Source of the DNA: Amphiscolops sp. MND2022
Lineage: Eukaryota
DNA length: 64,000 nucleotides
NCBI GenBank assembly: GCA_964187785.1
Contig: OZ076415.1
Coordinates: 18,972,001-19,036,000 of the forward strand
Reading direction: 5' to 3'
In this document: one piece after another, positions 20,204-31,946 of the stretch
Numbering within the stretch: position 1 is the first letter of the stretch
Layout: the number at the start of each line of letters is the position of its first letter
Notes under the pieces: generated by a model
What the model saw: only the letters and a program-made list of their open reading frames with translations
Database searches by the model: none
Told to the model about the DNA's origin: nothing
Translations under genes and position numbers: made by a program

Positions 20204-23200
20204 ATGTCGACCGATGAGCAAATAATAGAGGAACTAACCCACGAGCAAGAAAGCTCTGAACAAGCTAACAAAGCCGCCGTAACCCATAGCCCATCTTCCA
20301 AAGAGCAAACTGTTGATGTTACTGCGCCTAGTCCGTCTACTGAAGAGAGCATAAGTGCGTACATAGAACGTACCTTAGCAACTTTGGGAAAACAAGTAGA
20401 TAGCCCACGATCTTCTTACCTCCTAATTCTGTAGACCGCAGCAAGAGCCATGATGTCGAAAGTTGCCCAAGAATCTCGGAATCTGGAGCGATGACGTAAG
20501 TGGTAGTTCCCTTTGATGCACGCACCCAGGAGCTTGCATATGAGGAAGGACAGGATGATTTGGTCAGTGAGGTCAGTTCCGGATTTCCATAGACTGACAA
20601 TTTTCAGACCGATACTAGCGATATTGGTAGATGCCAGTCAACCCGACAACCTTCATTGTTCCTGGATCAGAAAGTGGCACCAATCCAGAAACTGTCACTC
20701 TACCCGAGTCAGGTCACGTCCACTAATCCACGTCCTTGCAGTCCCCCAAACAACTATCCGCGTCAAGGCAAACTCCGATTCGAAGGTAGTTCCTGGAGAA
20801 TACTACCATCAAGCTTCCTATGGGACATTCTACTGTGGCGTTTAACGAACAGCAAGTCCATAGTTTCCTCAAGACCGTCTGTGATGAAACAATCATCTCT
20901 TCATTTCACACCATGAAGAACATTTTGGACGACGCGATGCGGGTTGGTGTTCAAACACGTACTGGGAATTCTGGACCAGTTCATTCTACAGTTCGATGTT
21001 TCAGCGGGCAATTTAGAGTGTCTATCGCAACGTCTAGCCACCTGATGACAACACTGGGGGTTACACTAGCGGTGCGCTCAGTTCTGACGACGACTTCGAC
21101 ACCTTTGACACGCCAACCAATGGCGTACACGAAGGATCTGAAGTTCAGTTAGATCCCAGTTTTACTAGTAAAGTAGCCTCACAGGCCGTTAGCCCTTCTG
21201 AAAACATTGTTCCTAGCCCAGGATTTAGTTCTGCCGACTATGAGCTACTATCTATCTTGCGACAGTCAGCTTCCAAGAGCCCATTGGTCCCTGGTACTCC
21301 GCGGAAGAACTGTCGTCTGCTTGCCCTGCCGGGCAAAGTGATGAAGGAGGCCTTTTTCGAGGGCATAAACTGGACAAGAACCTTCGTGACAGGATGTCTC
21401 GACCTCGAGCATAACAATAATAAGTTCTATTGCCAAAGTTGCAAGAGGAACGTTTCAATGTATTCCAAGGGAGCTCAGGAGGTAGCCAGACACTACCAAG
21501 CCGAATCACACCTGCGCAAGGATCAAAGATGGCGTTTCCATCATTTGGGTAAAGTGGACAAGATCACTGGACACGTCCGCCATGAGGTCAGGGGAAGAAT
21601 GGCCAAATCTTATCTCCCACTGAACTAGAGAAGGAAAGAACTCTTTTCGAGAACGCTCGCTCAGTAGACGTAGGGGACAAGTATCCTTTCTACGACGATT
21701 GTATGGCCGGCCCAGGCTCATATTCCAATCCTGAGGAACTCCGCTTGAGTGCACAGATCACCTTAGTCGCCAGTTTCACTCCCGTCTGTGGGGACATCAG
21801 CTTGCTTCAGACTTTGTGGAACCAGATGGGAACAGTTACAATCCATCAAGCTCCCTTTGCATCTTTCGACTGGTGGTCACGACACTCTCGGTGAGTAACT
21901 TTCAAGTCTTCTAAGCGGACATTCCCGTAGGCCAAAAAGTAAATACGCGAATGAGCCACAGTAAACCGGCTAGGTACCACACAGTACTTTACTAGGTGCA
22001 CTTATACTCAAGGACCTCTAGGCCTGGTAATGTAACGTCGCGTTTTATTTTGATCCTTTTGTTCAAGCCAATCCTCCATCACATCTTCCTCTGTGGGATT
22101 GCTGGCATTTCCGACCACGTTGAAACTACTGGTCTGTAATCGTTGGAGTTGGAGTAGATAGGGGTTTACTGCTTCCTCTCCATTCGAAGTTGGAAAATGA
22201 ACGCCCTCTCTACAGTGAAACGTTTCCGATACCAACTGCACTCCGAGCCGATATCTGGACTGTTGATTGCAGTTTCTCGGCTCCTTTCTGTGCCTTCTTC
22301 TCAGCCCGAGATCGTCAGTGTGTCTGGATGGACCGGCGGACCTTGTGTCCCTACTTGAAAGGTCATCATATTTCAGCAAAGGACTCCAGTAGCTTTTCTG
22401 GTTGGATGTTTTCTCTCTCAAACTTGATGCATCAGCGCTGGGACAATGTGTTCGGAGGAATTAGTTTTTTTTGCATTTGAGATTCCTCGTCACGTTCATG
22501 GACGGATGTCAAAACCAAGTCTGGATCACCGTGATGCTTGAGTTGACTAAGGTTAGTACTTTATGGACACTAAGGCTTTAGTCCTCGGGAGTTGTTCCAC
22601 CGAGGCTTGTTTTCTTAGGCGATATCATGCAGCAAGTTGGAAATACCCTTCAATCCAGTGATATACACCGAACTCATTCACAACTGGAAGTCCGTACTGG
22701 ATTACCTGACCAAAGTGGCTCCTCCCCGAGCCAATCAAGGTGTAAAGTTTTAAAAAATTGGTGCTTCTCCTTCTAATATCGCCTTGGTTTCGGTCAGATT
22801 GTGTGGATAGGAGAGAGTCTCTGTGCACTTTAGCATTGTGTTTTAGCCCCAAAGTCTTGAATGGCAATCATTGTACCGACGAACTTTTCGTGGCCAAACT
22901 AGAATTCTTTGGGCGTCTCGTCCGATATTGTTAGTACTCGCACTTCCATCTTGACTCATTTCACATAGGTTATTTGCATTTCTCTGGTCTTTACAATTTC
23001 ACCGCCTTGCGGTCTTGTCGTCATCACTTGAATTCGTGTGATAATGTTAACTCGTATTCTTTGTTTGTTTCTCAGATAACAGGAGCTTCGAGGGCAGTCT
23101 CTCTCGACGGAAGGACTCTGGGTTCCTAACCTATCGGGAACTACATACTTTCATTCGCAAGTTGTGTTTCACGATCCCGCCTACCCCAACACGTTCCTGG

Positions 23201-23210
23201 ACTAACTGAT
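20204..23210 (+). pseudogene. Gypsy A antisense spliced gene with a BED-like zinc finger, decayed and 3'-truncated
   Basis: ATG 20204; FYCQSCKRNVSMYSKGAQEVARHYQAESH finger (~21424-21512). GT-AG introns ~21891-22067, 22552-22618, 22742-22846 and 22930-23075, plus a possible 5'UTR intron 20146-20201. Exon 22619-22741 is intact (41 codons). Confidence 0.75.
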
Positions 23211-23595
23211 TGGATGTTTCTTGTGATTACTCAGCGTGCTGTACTGAGAAATAGACAAATTGCCGATTTCGGACTAGTAGATTATTTACCACTGGAGTTG
23301 CTATTATTCTGTTTGTAATATTATTATTTCTTGTGTTTAGAGTATAGTAGTCATTTTACGTATCAAATTCGAATCAAATTACAATTGATGTTTGAAGTAC
23401 TAATTGTTAAGTTAGTGCAATACTTTTAATTACCAGTCCTGGACCGATTCCGGCGATTGACTAATCTGCTATGTTATGTCTGACTTCCATATTAGGCCAT
23501 ACCAATATTGCCTTTTATATGTTATTTGGTAATTATTATGACCAAGCAACCTGGTATCGCTCGCGCGAAGGTACGTGCCAAAGCAGGTTACTTCA
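23210..23595 (-). mobile_element. 5' part of another LTR (minus strand, starts TGAAGTAACC); duplicated at ~27200-27583
   Basis: TG-start at 23595, AT-rich U3-like sequence, abrupt change of context on both sides. Confidence 0.45.
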
Positions 23596-23599
23596 TAGT

Positions 23600-24216
23600 T
23601 GCAATGCCTTTGTCCCTACGTAACACTTGTAACATATGATGTTGTTTATTGACATATGATGTTTCATTCAAAAATGCATTTGGAATAACTGGTATCTTAA
23701 ACGTTCGAATTGCTTCAGTTCTTTGATGTAAGCAAAACCTTTAAAGAGATGGTAGTGAATTTGGAAACTCGGCCACACGGCCTGAAAGTCCTAGTTATGA
23801 TGCATTGGTGGATCGTAACACCAACTCTCACTCCGGTTCTGGTGAGAATGAAATTAGGCGATTTGCCGGAAACGACCAAAATCCACGAGATATTGATTCT
23901 GGTAGTGAGATAAATAGGTTGTCAGGAGGAGAACTAAACCAAAGAATCATTCAGCAGATGAATGTCCTAATGAAGAGTGTTAGTTTGCAAAGTCAGAGGG
24001 CCATAAATGAGGCAATTAACGAACGAGTGTTACAACAAAATCAAGCCTCTCTCAGTTCCGATTCTGGACAAATGTCCAAAAGGGGTTGAAACCATCCAAC
24101 TGAGAGACCGGAAATTAGGTCCGAAGGAACTTTGAACAGCACGGTCCGACGCAGTTCACGGGATGAGCATCCCCGTAATTCAATTGTTGCTGAGAATGAG
24201 GAGGATGCTCATTACA
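23600..24216 (+). mobile_element. 3' part of a Gypsy LTR encoding a gag N-terminal fragment; duplicated at ~27590-28203
   Basis: EINRLSGELNQRIIQEMNVLMKSVSLQSQRAINEAINERVL resembles EVNRLSSELNSRLSREMDE..IQRAISDAISNQIL in the element B LTRs; ends ...CATTACA. Confidence 0.65.
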
Positions 24217-25146
24217 CTCAGGGTTGTATTTAAGTACCAGACAAAAAATGCACACCTTTTGTTGCAGGTAGAACACGAGCAGTCTCTCTCAGAACTTCCA
24301 TGCAATTAGACTACTATCAACTATGTGAACCAAAAAACACGGAATTCATAAAAAATTTTGAGTTCTCAAAGTTTGAAAAACTTTTCAGCAAACGTTTCAA
24401 AACCCCTTCAAAATGAAATTTTCCTGGAATTGAAAAATCTTTCACGCATCAAGAAGGACATCGAGAAGACTAGTACACATTTTGAGATGAAACATTTAAA
24501 GTAGTTTGTTTGTTTACAAACACTACCATTTTGACGAATGATTTTTTTGCGATTCCGAAATCGTAAAATTGGGTGAACAAAAAACAAAAACACTGAATTT
24601 CCCCTTTTCAAAATGGTAATAGAAGTGAGCAAGGCTCTGAAATTCTCTCACTTTACTGTCAATCTTGAGCTATTATTACGTAATCGATTTCGCAAAAAGG
24701 TTTGGTTGAAACTTTCTAAAAATGTGTAGACCCATTTACCCGCCAACTTGTTCTCACTTTTCATGTGTGAATATTGTTTCGCATCGACAAAAGTTGGCAA
24801 GTCGTTCAGCATTGAAAGTTGTTTTGAATTTTTTGTTGACAAATATTGAACTTGTTGTTGAATTTTCCAGTGCTCGAAAGTTTTTATACGTTCGTTATAC
24901 GTTCGTTATAGTACTAGATGAAACAAAAAAAACGTAATGCACAAAAATATTTCACTCTTCAAAAACCTAATAATTGTAAACAACACACTGGAAAACTTTC
25001 ACTTTCTCTGTCAATCATCCTTTCATTACGCAATCAAATGTTCAACAAAAAACGATCCAAACCTTCAGAAAAAGTCTAGACGTCTTCACCAGTCATTTCG
25101 TTCCCAATTTTGCTGTGTGAAAGTGCTTTTGCCTCGACGTAAAGAC

Positions 25147-28100
25147 TGGAGAATACTGCCATCAAGCTTCCTATGGGACATTCTACTGTGGCGTTTAACG
25201 AAAAGCAAGTCCATAGTTTCCTCAAGACCGTCTGTGATGAAACAATCATCTCTTCATTTCACACCATGAAGAACATTTTGGAGGACGCGATGCGGTTTCG
25301 AGTTCAAACACGTACTGGGAATTCTGGACCAGTTCATTCTACAGTTCGATGTTTCAGCGGGCAGTCTAGAGTGCCTATCGCAAGGTCTAGCCAGCTGATG
25401 ACAACACTGGGGATTACGCTAGCGGTGCCCTCAGTTCTGACGACGACTTCGACACCTTTGACACGCCAACCAATGGCGTACACGAAGGATCTGAAGTTCA
25501 GTTAGATCCCAGTTTTACTAGTAAAGTAGCCTCACAGGCCTTTAGCCCTTCTGAAAACATTGTTCCTAGCCCAGGATTTAGTTCTGCCGACTATGAGCTA
25601 CTATCTATTTTGCGACAGTCAGCCTCCAAGAGCCATTGGTCCCTGGTACTCCGCGGAAGAAACGTCGTCTGCTTGCCCTGCCGGGCAAAGTGATGAAGGA
25701 GGTGGGGACTCCAGTCTTTCACTCCCGTCTGTGGGGACATGAGCTTGCGTCGGACTTTGTGGAACCAGATGGGAACAGTTACAATCCATCAAGCTCCCTT
25801 TGCATCTTTCGACTGGTGGTCACGACACTCTCGGTGAGTAACTTTCAAGTCTTCTAAGCGGACATTCCCGTAGGCCAAATAGTAAATACGCGAATGAGCC
25901 ACAGTAAACCGGCTAGGTACCACACAGTACTTTACTAGGTGCACTTATACTCAAGGACCCCTAGGCCTGGTAATGTAACGTCGCGTTTCATTTTGATCGT
26001 GTTGTTCAAGCCAATCCTCCATCAGTACTTCCTCTGTGGGATATCTGACATTTCCGACCACGTTGAAACTACCGGTCTGTTATCGTTGGAGTTGAAGTAG
26101 ATAGGGGTTTACTGCTTCCTCTCCACTCGAATTTGGAAAGTGAACGCCCTCTGTACAGTGAAACGTTTCCGATACCAACTGGACTCCGAGCCCATATCTG
26201 GACTGTTGATTGCAGTTTCTCGGCTCCTTTCTGTGACTTCTTCTCAGCGCGAGATCGTCAGCGTGTCTGGATGGACCGGCGGACCTTGTGCCCCTACTTG
26301 GAAGGTCATCATATTTCAGCAAAGGACTCCAGTACCCTTTCTGGTTGGATGTTTTCTCTCTCAAACTTTGTGCATCAGCGCTGGGACAATGTGTTCGGAG
26401 GAATTAGTTTTTTTCGCATTTGAGATTCCTCGTCACGTTCATGGACGGATGTCAAACCCAAGTCTGGATCACCCTGAGTTGACTAAGGTTAGTACTGTAT
26501 GGACACTAAGGCTTTAGTCCTCGGGAGTTGTTCCACCGAGGCTTGTTTCCTTAGGCGATATCATGCAGCAAGTTGGAATACCCCTCCAACTCAGTGATAT
26601 ACACCGAACTCTTTCACAACTGGAAGTCCGTACTGGAGTACCTGACCAAAGTGGCTCCTCCCCAAGCCAATCAAGGTTTAAAGTTTAAAGTAATTGGTGC
26701 TTCTTCTAATATCTTTTTGTTTTCTGTCAGGTTGTGTGGATAGGAGAGAGTCTCTATGCACTGTAACATTGTGTTTTAGCCCCAAAGTCTTGAATGGCAA
26801 TCATTGCCGACGAACTTTTCGTGGTCAAGCTAGAATTCGTTGGGCGCCTCGTCCGATATTGTTAGTACTCGCACTTCCATCTTGACTCATTTCACATAGA
26901 ATATTCCCATTTCTCTTGTCTTTACAATTTCACCGCCTTGCGGTCTTGTCGTCATCACTTGGTTTCGTGTGATAATGTTAACTCGTATTCTTTGTTTGTT
27001 TCTCAGATAACAGGAGCTTCGAGGGCAGTCTCTCTCGACGGAAGGACTCTGGGTTCCTAACCTATCGGGAACAACATACTTTCATTCGCAAGTTGTGTTT
27101 CACGATCCCGCCTACCCCAACACGTTCCTGGAGTAACTGATTGGATGTTTCTTGTGAACTTGATTGGATTATTTGTGCAGTACTATTATTTGCTGGTGAC
27201 GGCACTTTGATTGAACACTCAGCGTGCTGTACTGAGAAATAGATAAATTGCCGATTTCGCACTAGTAGATTATTTACCACTCGAGTTGCTATTATTCTGT
27301 TTGTAATAATATTAGTTTTTGTGTTTAGAGTATAGTAGTCATTTTTACGTATGAAATTCGTATCAAATTACGTATTGATGTTTGAAGTACTAATTGTTAA
27401 GTTAGTGCAATTCTTTTAATTACCAGTCCTGGACCGATTCCGGCGATTGACTAATGTGCTGTTATGTCTGACGGCCATATTAGGCCATACCAATATTGCC
27501 TTTTATGTGTTATTTGGTAATTATTATGTCCAAGCAACCTGGTATCGCTCGCGCGAAGGTACGTGCCAAAGCAGGTTAATTCATAGTTGCAATGCCTTTG
27601 TCCCTACGTAAAATTTTTAACAATTGATGTTGTTTATTGTCATATGATGTTTCATTCAAAAATGCATTTGGAATATGCGGTATCTCAAACGTTTGAATTT
27701 CTTCAACTCTTTGATGTAAGCAAATCACCTTTAAAGAGATGGTAGTGAATTTGGAAACTCGGCCACACGGCCTGAAAGTCCTAGTTATGATGCATTGGTG
27801 GATTATAACACCAACTCTCACTCCAGTTCTGGTGAGAATGAAATTAGGCGATTTGCCGGAAACGGCCAAAATCCACGAGATATTGATTCTAGTAGTGAGA
27901 TAAATAGGTTGTCAGGAGAACTAAACCAAAGAATCATTCAGGAGATGAATGTCCTAATGAAGAGTGTTAGTTTGCAAAGTCAGAGGGCCATAAATGAGGC
28001 AATTAACGAACGAGTGTTACAACAAAATCAAGCCTCTCTTAGTTCCGATTCTGGACAAATGTCCAAAAGGGGTTGAAACCATCCAACTGAGAGACCGGAA

Positions 28101-29138
28101 AATAGGTCCGAAGGAACTTTGAACAGCACGGTCTGAGGCAGTTCTTGGGATGAGCTTCCCCGAAATTCAGTTGTTGATGAGAATGAGGAGGATGCTCATT
28201 ACACTCAGGGTTGTATTTAAGTACCAGACAAAAAGTGCACACCTTTTGTTGCAGGTAGAACATGAGCAGTTTCTCTCAGAACTTCCTTGCAATTAGACTA
28301 CTATCAACTATGTGAACCAAAGAACACGGAACTCATAAAAAGTTTTGAGCTCTCAAAGTTTGAAAAACTTTTCAGCCAACGTTTCAAAACCCCTTCAAAT
28401 TGAATTTTTCCTCGAATTGAAAAATCTTTCACGCATCAAGAAGGACATCGAGAAAACTAGAACACATTTTGAGAAGAAACATTTATAGTAGTTTGTTTGC
28501 TTACAAACACTACCATTTTGACGAATGAGTTTTTTTGCGATTCCGAAATCGAATTACTGGGTGAACAAAAAAACAAAAACTCTGAATTTCCCCTTTTCAA
28601 AATGGTAATAGGTATGAGCAAGGCTCTGAGATTCTCTCACTTTACTGTCAATCTTGAGCCCTTATTACGTAATCGATTTCGCAAAAAGGTTTGGTTGAAA
28701 CTTTCTAAAAATGTGTAGACCCATTTACACGTCAATTTGTTCTCACTTTTCATGTGTGAATATTGTTTCGCATCGACAAAAGTTGGCAAGTTGTTCAGCA
28801 TTGAAAGTTGTTTTTGAATTTTTTGTTGACAAATATTGAACTTGTTGTTAAATTTTCAAGTGCTCGAAAGTTTTTATACGTTCGTTATACGTTCGTTATA
28901 GTACTAGGTGAAACCAAAAAAAAACGGAATGCACAAAAATATTTCACTCTTCAAAAACCTAATAATTGTAAACAAGACACTGGAAAACTTTCACTTTCTA
29001 TGTCAATCATCCTTTCATTACGCAGTCAAATGTTCAACAAAAAACGATCCAAACCTTCAGAAATTATCTAGACGTCTTCACCAGTCAATTCTTTCCCACT
29101 TTTGCTGTGTGAAAGTGCTTTTGCCTCGAAGTAAAGAC
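25147..29138. repeat. Tandem segmental duplication, unit 2 (3992 bp) with an internal ~420-bp deletion
   Basis: Lacks ~21351-21774 (the zinc-finger region), which is replaced by a 15-nt filler at 25703-25717. Confidence 0.92.
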
Positions 29139-29984
29139 GTCAAATCGAAATACTGACAAGCTGAATTGTGATGTTCAGAGTTGTTTTCAAACATTTGTTG
29201 ACAAATATTTGGAACTTTGAGAGCTCAAAAGTTTTTATGCGTTCCGTTTTTTTTGGTTGACCTAGTCGTAGGTGACCCGCAAAAACGGTACTCGTAAGCA
29301 TTTGGAAGATTGATAATTCAAGCATTTGTCAACAAAATGTGAACTTCCGGGGTTTTTATTATGTCTAATTTCAATCAATCAGAGGAATATCAGTTTGAAG
29401 TACAGCTTCAGGGAGATTCGGTAGGTACTTTGAACTTAAATCAAGAGATCGTCATCCAAAAGCAACGTTTTCGATCACAGGCCTTTTGAAACGGGTTTGT
29501 CACGTTTCGACTGACAGTTCAGTTCAAACTCACTGATCGTTTTGAGACGCATTTCAATGTTCTGTTTACTCATATTGGGTTCTTGATTTGAGCGAATACC
29601 ACGACTTGTTTCATTTTTGTGGATCATCTAATACTAGGTGAACCAAATAAACGGAACGTACAATTTTTCGCGTCTTCAAAATCGTATTATTTGTAAACAA
29701 GATACAGAAAATCTTCCAGTTTTTCTGTCAATCATTTCGATTGAAGCTCTTATTACGGAATCGCATCTTCACAAGTGGTCTAGACGTCTCAACCTCTTTT
29801 TTAGTCGGCGCTTTCGAAGAAAATCCCGACTCTTACAGTGGCTAGTTTTTTTTCGTCAGTTCAACGCGGTCGGTCCACTTTTTGTGCATTAAGCACTTTT
29901 ACCATAAGTACTTAGTACTTCATTTTCAACCCATCCAAAGCATCAAACCCATCCTCTAACACGAGATAGAAAGCCATTCCAAAG

Positions 29985-30311
29985 CAGAAGGGTCCCCCTC
30001 CTAACTTTTCGGCACGATGAGACTGTTCGAATTTCAATTTTTTTTCGAAATTTTTTCATTGCTCCAAAGGGTCCCCCCATCAATTTTTTAAATATTTTGC
30101 AACAGATTGGATGTTCAAAAAATCCCAAAGGGTCCCCCCTTTTACACTTTTCGGCACTATGCGACTTACCGGAGACTTCAAAAAAAATTTTAAAAAAATT
30201 TTCCTCAATTTTTAGTTGAGAGCTTTTGTTTTCTCCAGTTGTGGAAAAAGTTGTTTTGGAGTCTTATTGAGCCTTAGATATGGCGCCGACTTGGGCCGTT
30301 CCCGGCTTGTT
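29985..30311 (+). mobile_element. Interspersed non-autonomous repeat with conserved ~43-bp terminus
   Basis: Internal aagggtcccccc repeats; terminus gagccttagatatggcgccgacttgggccgttcccggcttgtt recurs at 37790-37832 (-) and 42344-42386 (+). Confidence 0.65.
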
Positions 30312-31769
30312 CGTTCTCACTTTCAATGTGTGAAAATGCTCTCGCTTCCAGAAACATGCTGATTAGAATGATCGACAACAGCGTTCGAAGTTTTTGGGAA
30401 ATGTTTGTTAACAGATATGTGCAATTTTGAGAGCTCAAAAGATTTTATGCGTTCTATTTTTTATGTTCCCCTAGTATCCGTTTTCAGCCGTCACTTTGAT
30501 GTATGAAAGTCCTTTGACCCTCGAATGCGTGAAATCAATGTTGTCAAATAGAATGATCGACAAGCTGAAAATCAGCTTACTAGAATGTTTTGAAACATTT
30601 GTTGACAAATATTTGACAATCTGAGATTTCTAAATTTTTTATGCGTTTCGTTTTTTGGCTCACCGAGTAGATTGTTTGTCAATACACCAGCAAACTGAAA
30701 TAGAACCAAATTGACTGAAAAGGTGCTTTCCACCGAGAGCATAAATATCGCTAGTTTCCTTGAAATAAACAGGCACGTTTCAACAGCACTTTAAGGTGAA
30801 ACACAAATTTTCCTTCCAGAAACTCTGATCTTGAGGGAATCTAGCGATCATAAATTTCATATGAAAATACTAACGTTGTCAAAAATAACTTCTTCGAAAA
30901 TGGCAACTAATATATTTGACAAACGTTAAAATTGCCAAAACTCGAATTACCGTTTATTGAAAAATATAGTTAGGTTTTTCTCAACTCCAAAAAGCGTAAG
31001 ATGGGATTGCCTCGACTAAATTTTGCATTCTCAATTGATCGGAATTTTCAGCCATAAACAATTTTGCGTGATTGAACACTTGATTACTTTTACTACACAT
31101 AGAAGACAATTGTTTCATTCAAACTTTCCCTAGTCTCGTCAAATCAAAATTCTCGAATGATTTCATAGCTTTCCGTTAGAACATCAATTGAAATTTCTGC
31201 AAGGTTTTTCGAATGTTCCTAGATGACGTTGAACTTGTAATACGATAGTTGGTATAACTGAAGCGCACCGACAGTGCTCACAGAAAATCGATAACCGAGG
31301 TGAACTTGAAACGTGCCAATTCGTATAGCTAGAATTCATTTCGATTGGAGAAGACAAATGACTCGAAATTCTTATCTCGGTCTTTTGACCTTATTGGTCT
31401 TGACCTCAGCAACAGCTACAAATGATTGTAAGTAACAGTTTCAACTTTAAACACCTAAGTAATGACACAAAGATCTAACTGGCCAAATAACCGGAACAGT
31501 CTTGAAACTACTATGATCAGAGTGCATTTCTATTGAATTTTCATTGAAAAAAAACCCATATGGGTTGGACTCATGAACTCATGAACTCATATGAACTCAT
31601 GCGGTGTTTCCAAAAGACATTTTTCAAATTAGATCTTGCCAAAGAGCAGTGGAAAAATTTGCATGAACTAGTTTTCCCTTCAAAGGCATTTTCGTGGAGA
31701 ATATTGCGTTGCTTTGTTATTCAATGAATTGAAATTTGTAACTTTCCAACTTTCTCCGTCTGGCAGCAG

Positions 31770-31946
31770 TATATAAACGTCAGTGTCACTGCGCATTTAA
31801 GTCAAGTTTTAGCGCGAACCTTCTCATTTCTGCCGAAAGCTATCGAAGCGCTAGTGAGAAGCTGGAAAGTACTTTGTATTCGGCATAGCGGTTAACGCAG
31901 ATTTTTATGCCCGGTGACCGTGTCTGGGAAGCAGGATAAAGTAAGT
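31770..31946 (+). promoter_or_regulatory. Possible TATA promoter and non-coding first exon
   Basis: TATATAAA at 31770-31777 and a perfect GTAAGT donor at 31941, 1.3 kb upstream of the first LDLa exon. Linkage to that gene is unproven. Confidence 0.3.

Larger units (their letters stand above)
20794..25146. repeat. Tandem segmental duplication, unit 1 (4353 bp)
   Basis: Colinear with 25147-29138 from tggagaatac to gtaaagac. Confidence 0.92.
24330..30680. repeat. Degenerate AT-rich repeat family (core tttgttgacaaatatt...aaagtttttatgcgtt)
   Basis: Related copies near 24830, 28820, 29190, 30400 and 30595, with a reverse-oriented copy near 24350. Confidence 0.55.
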
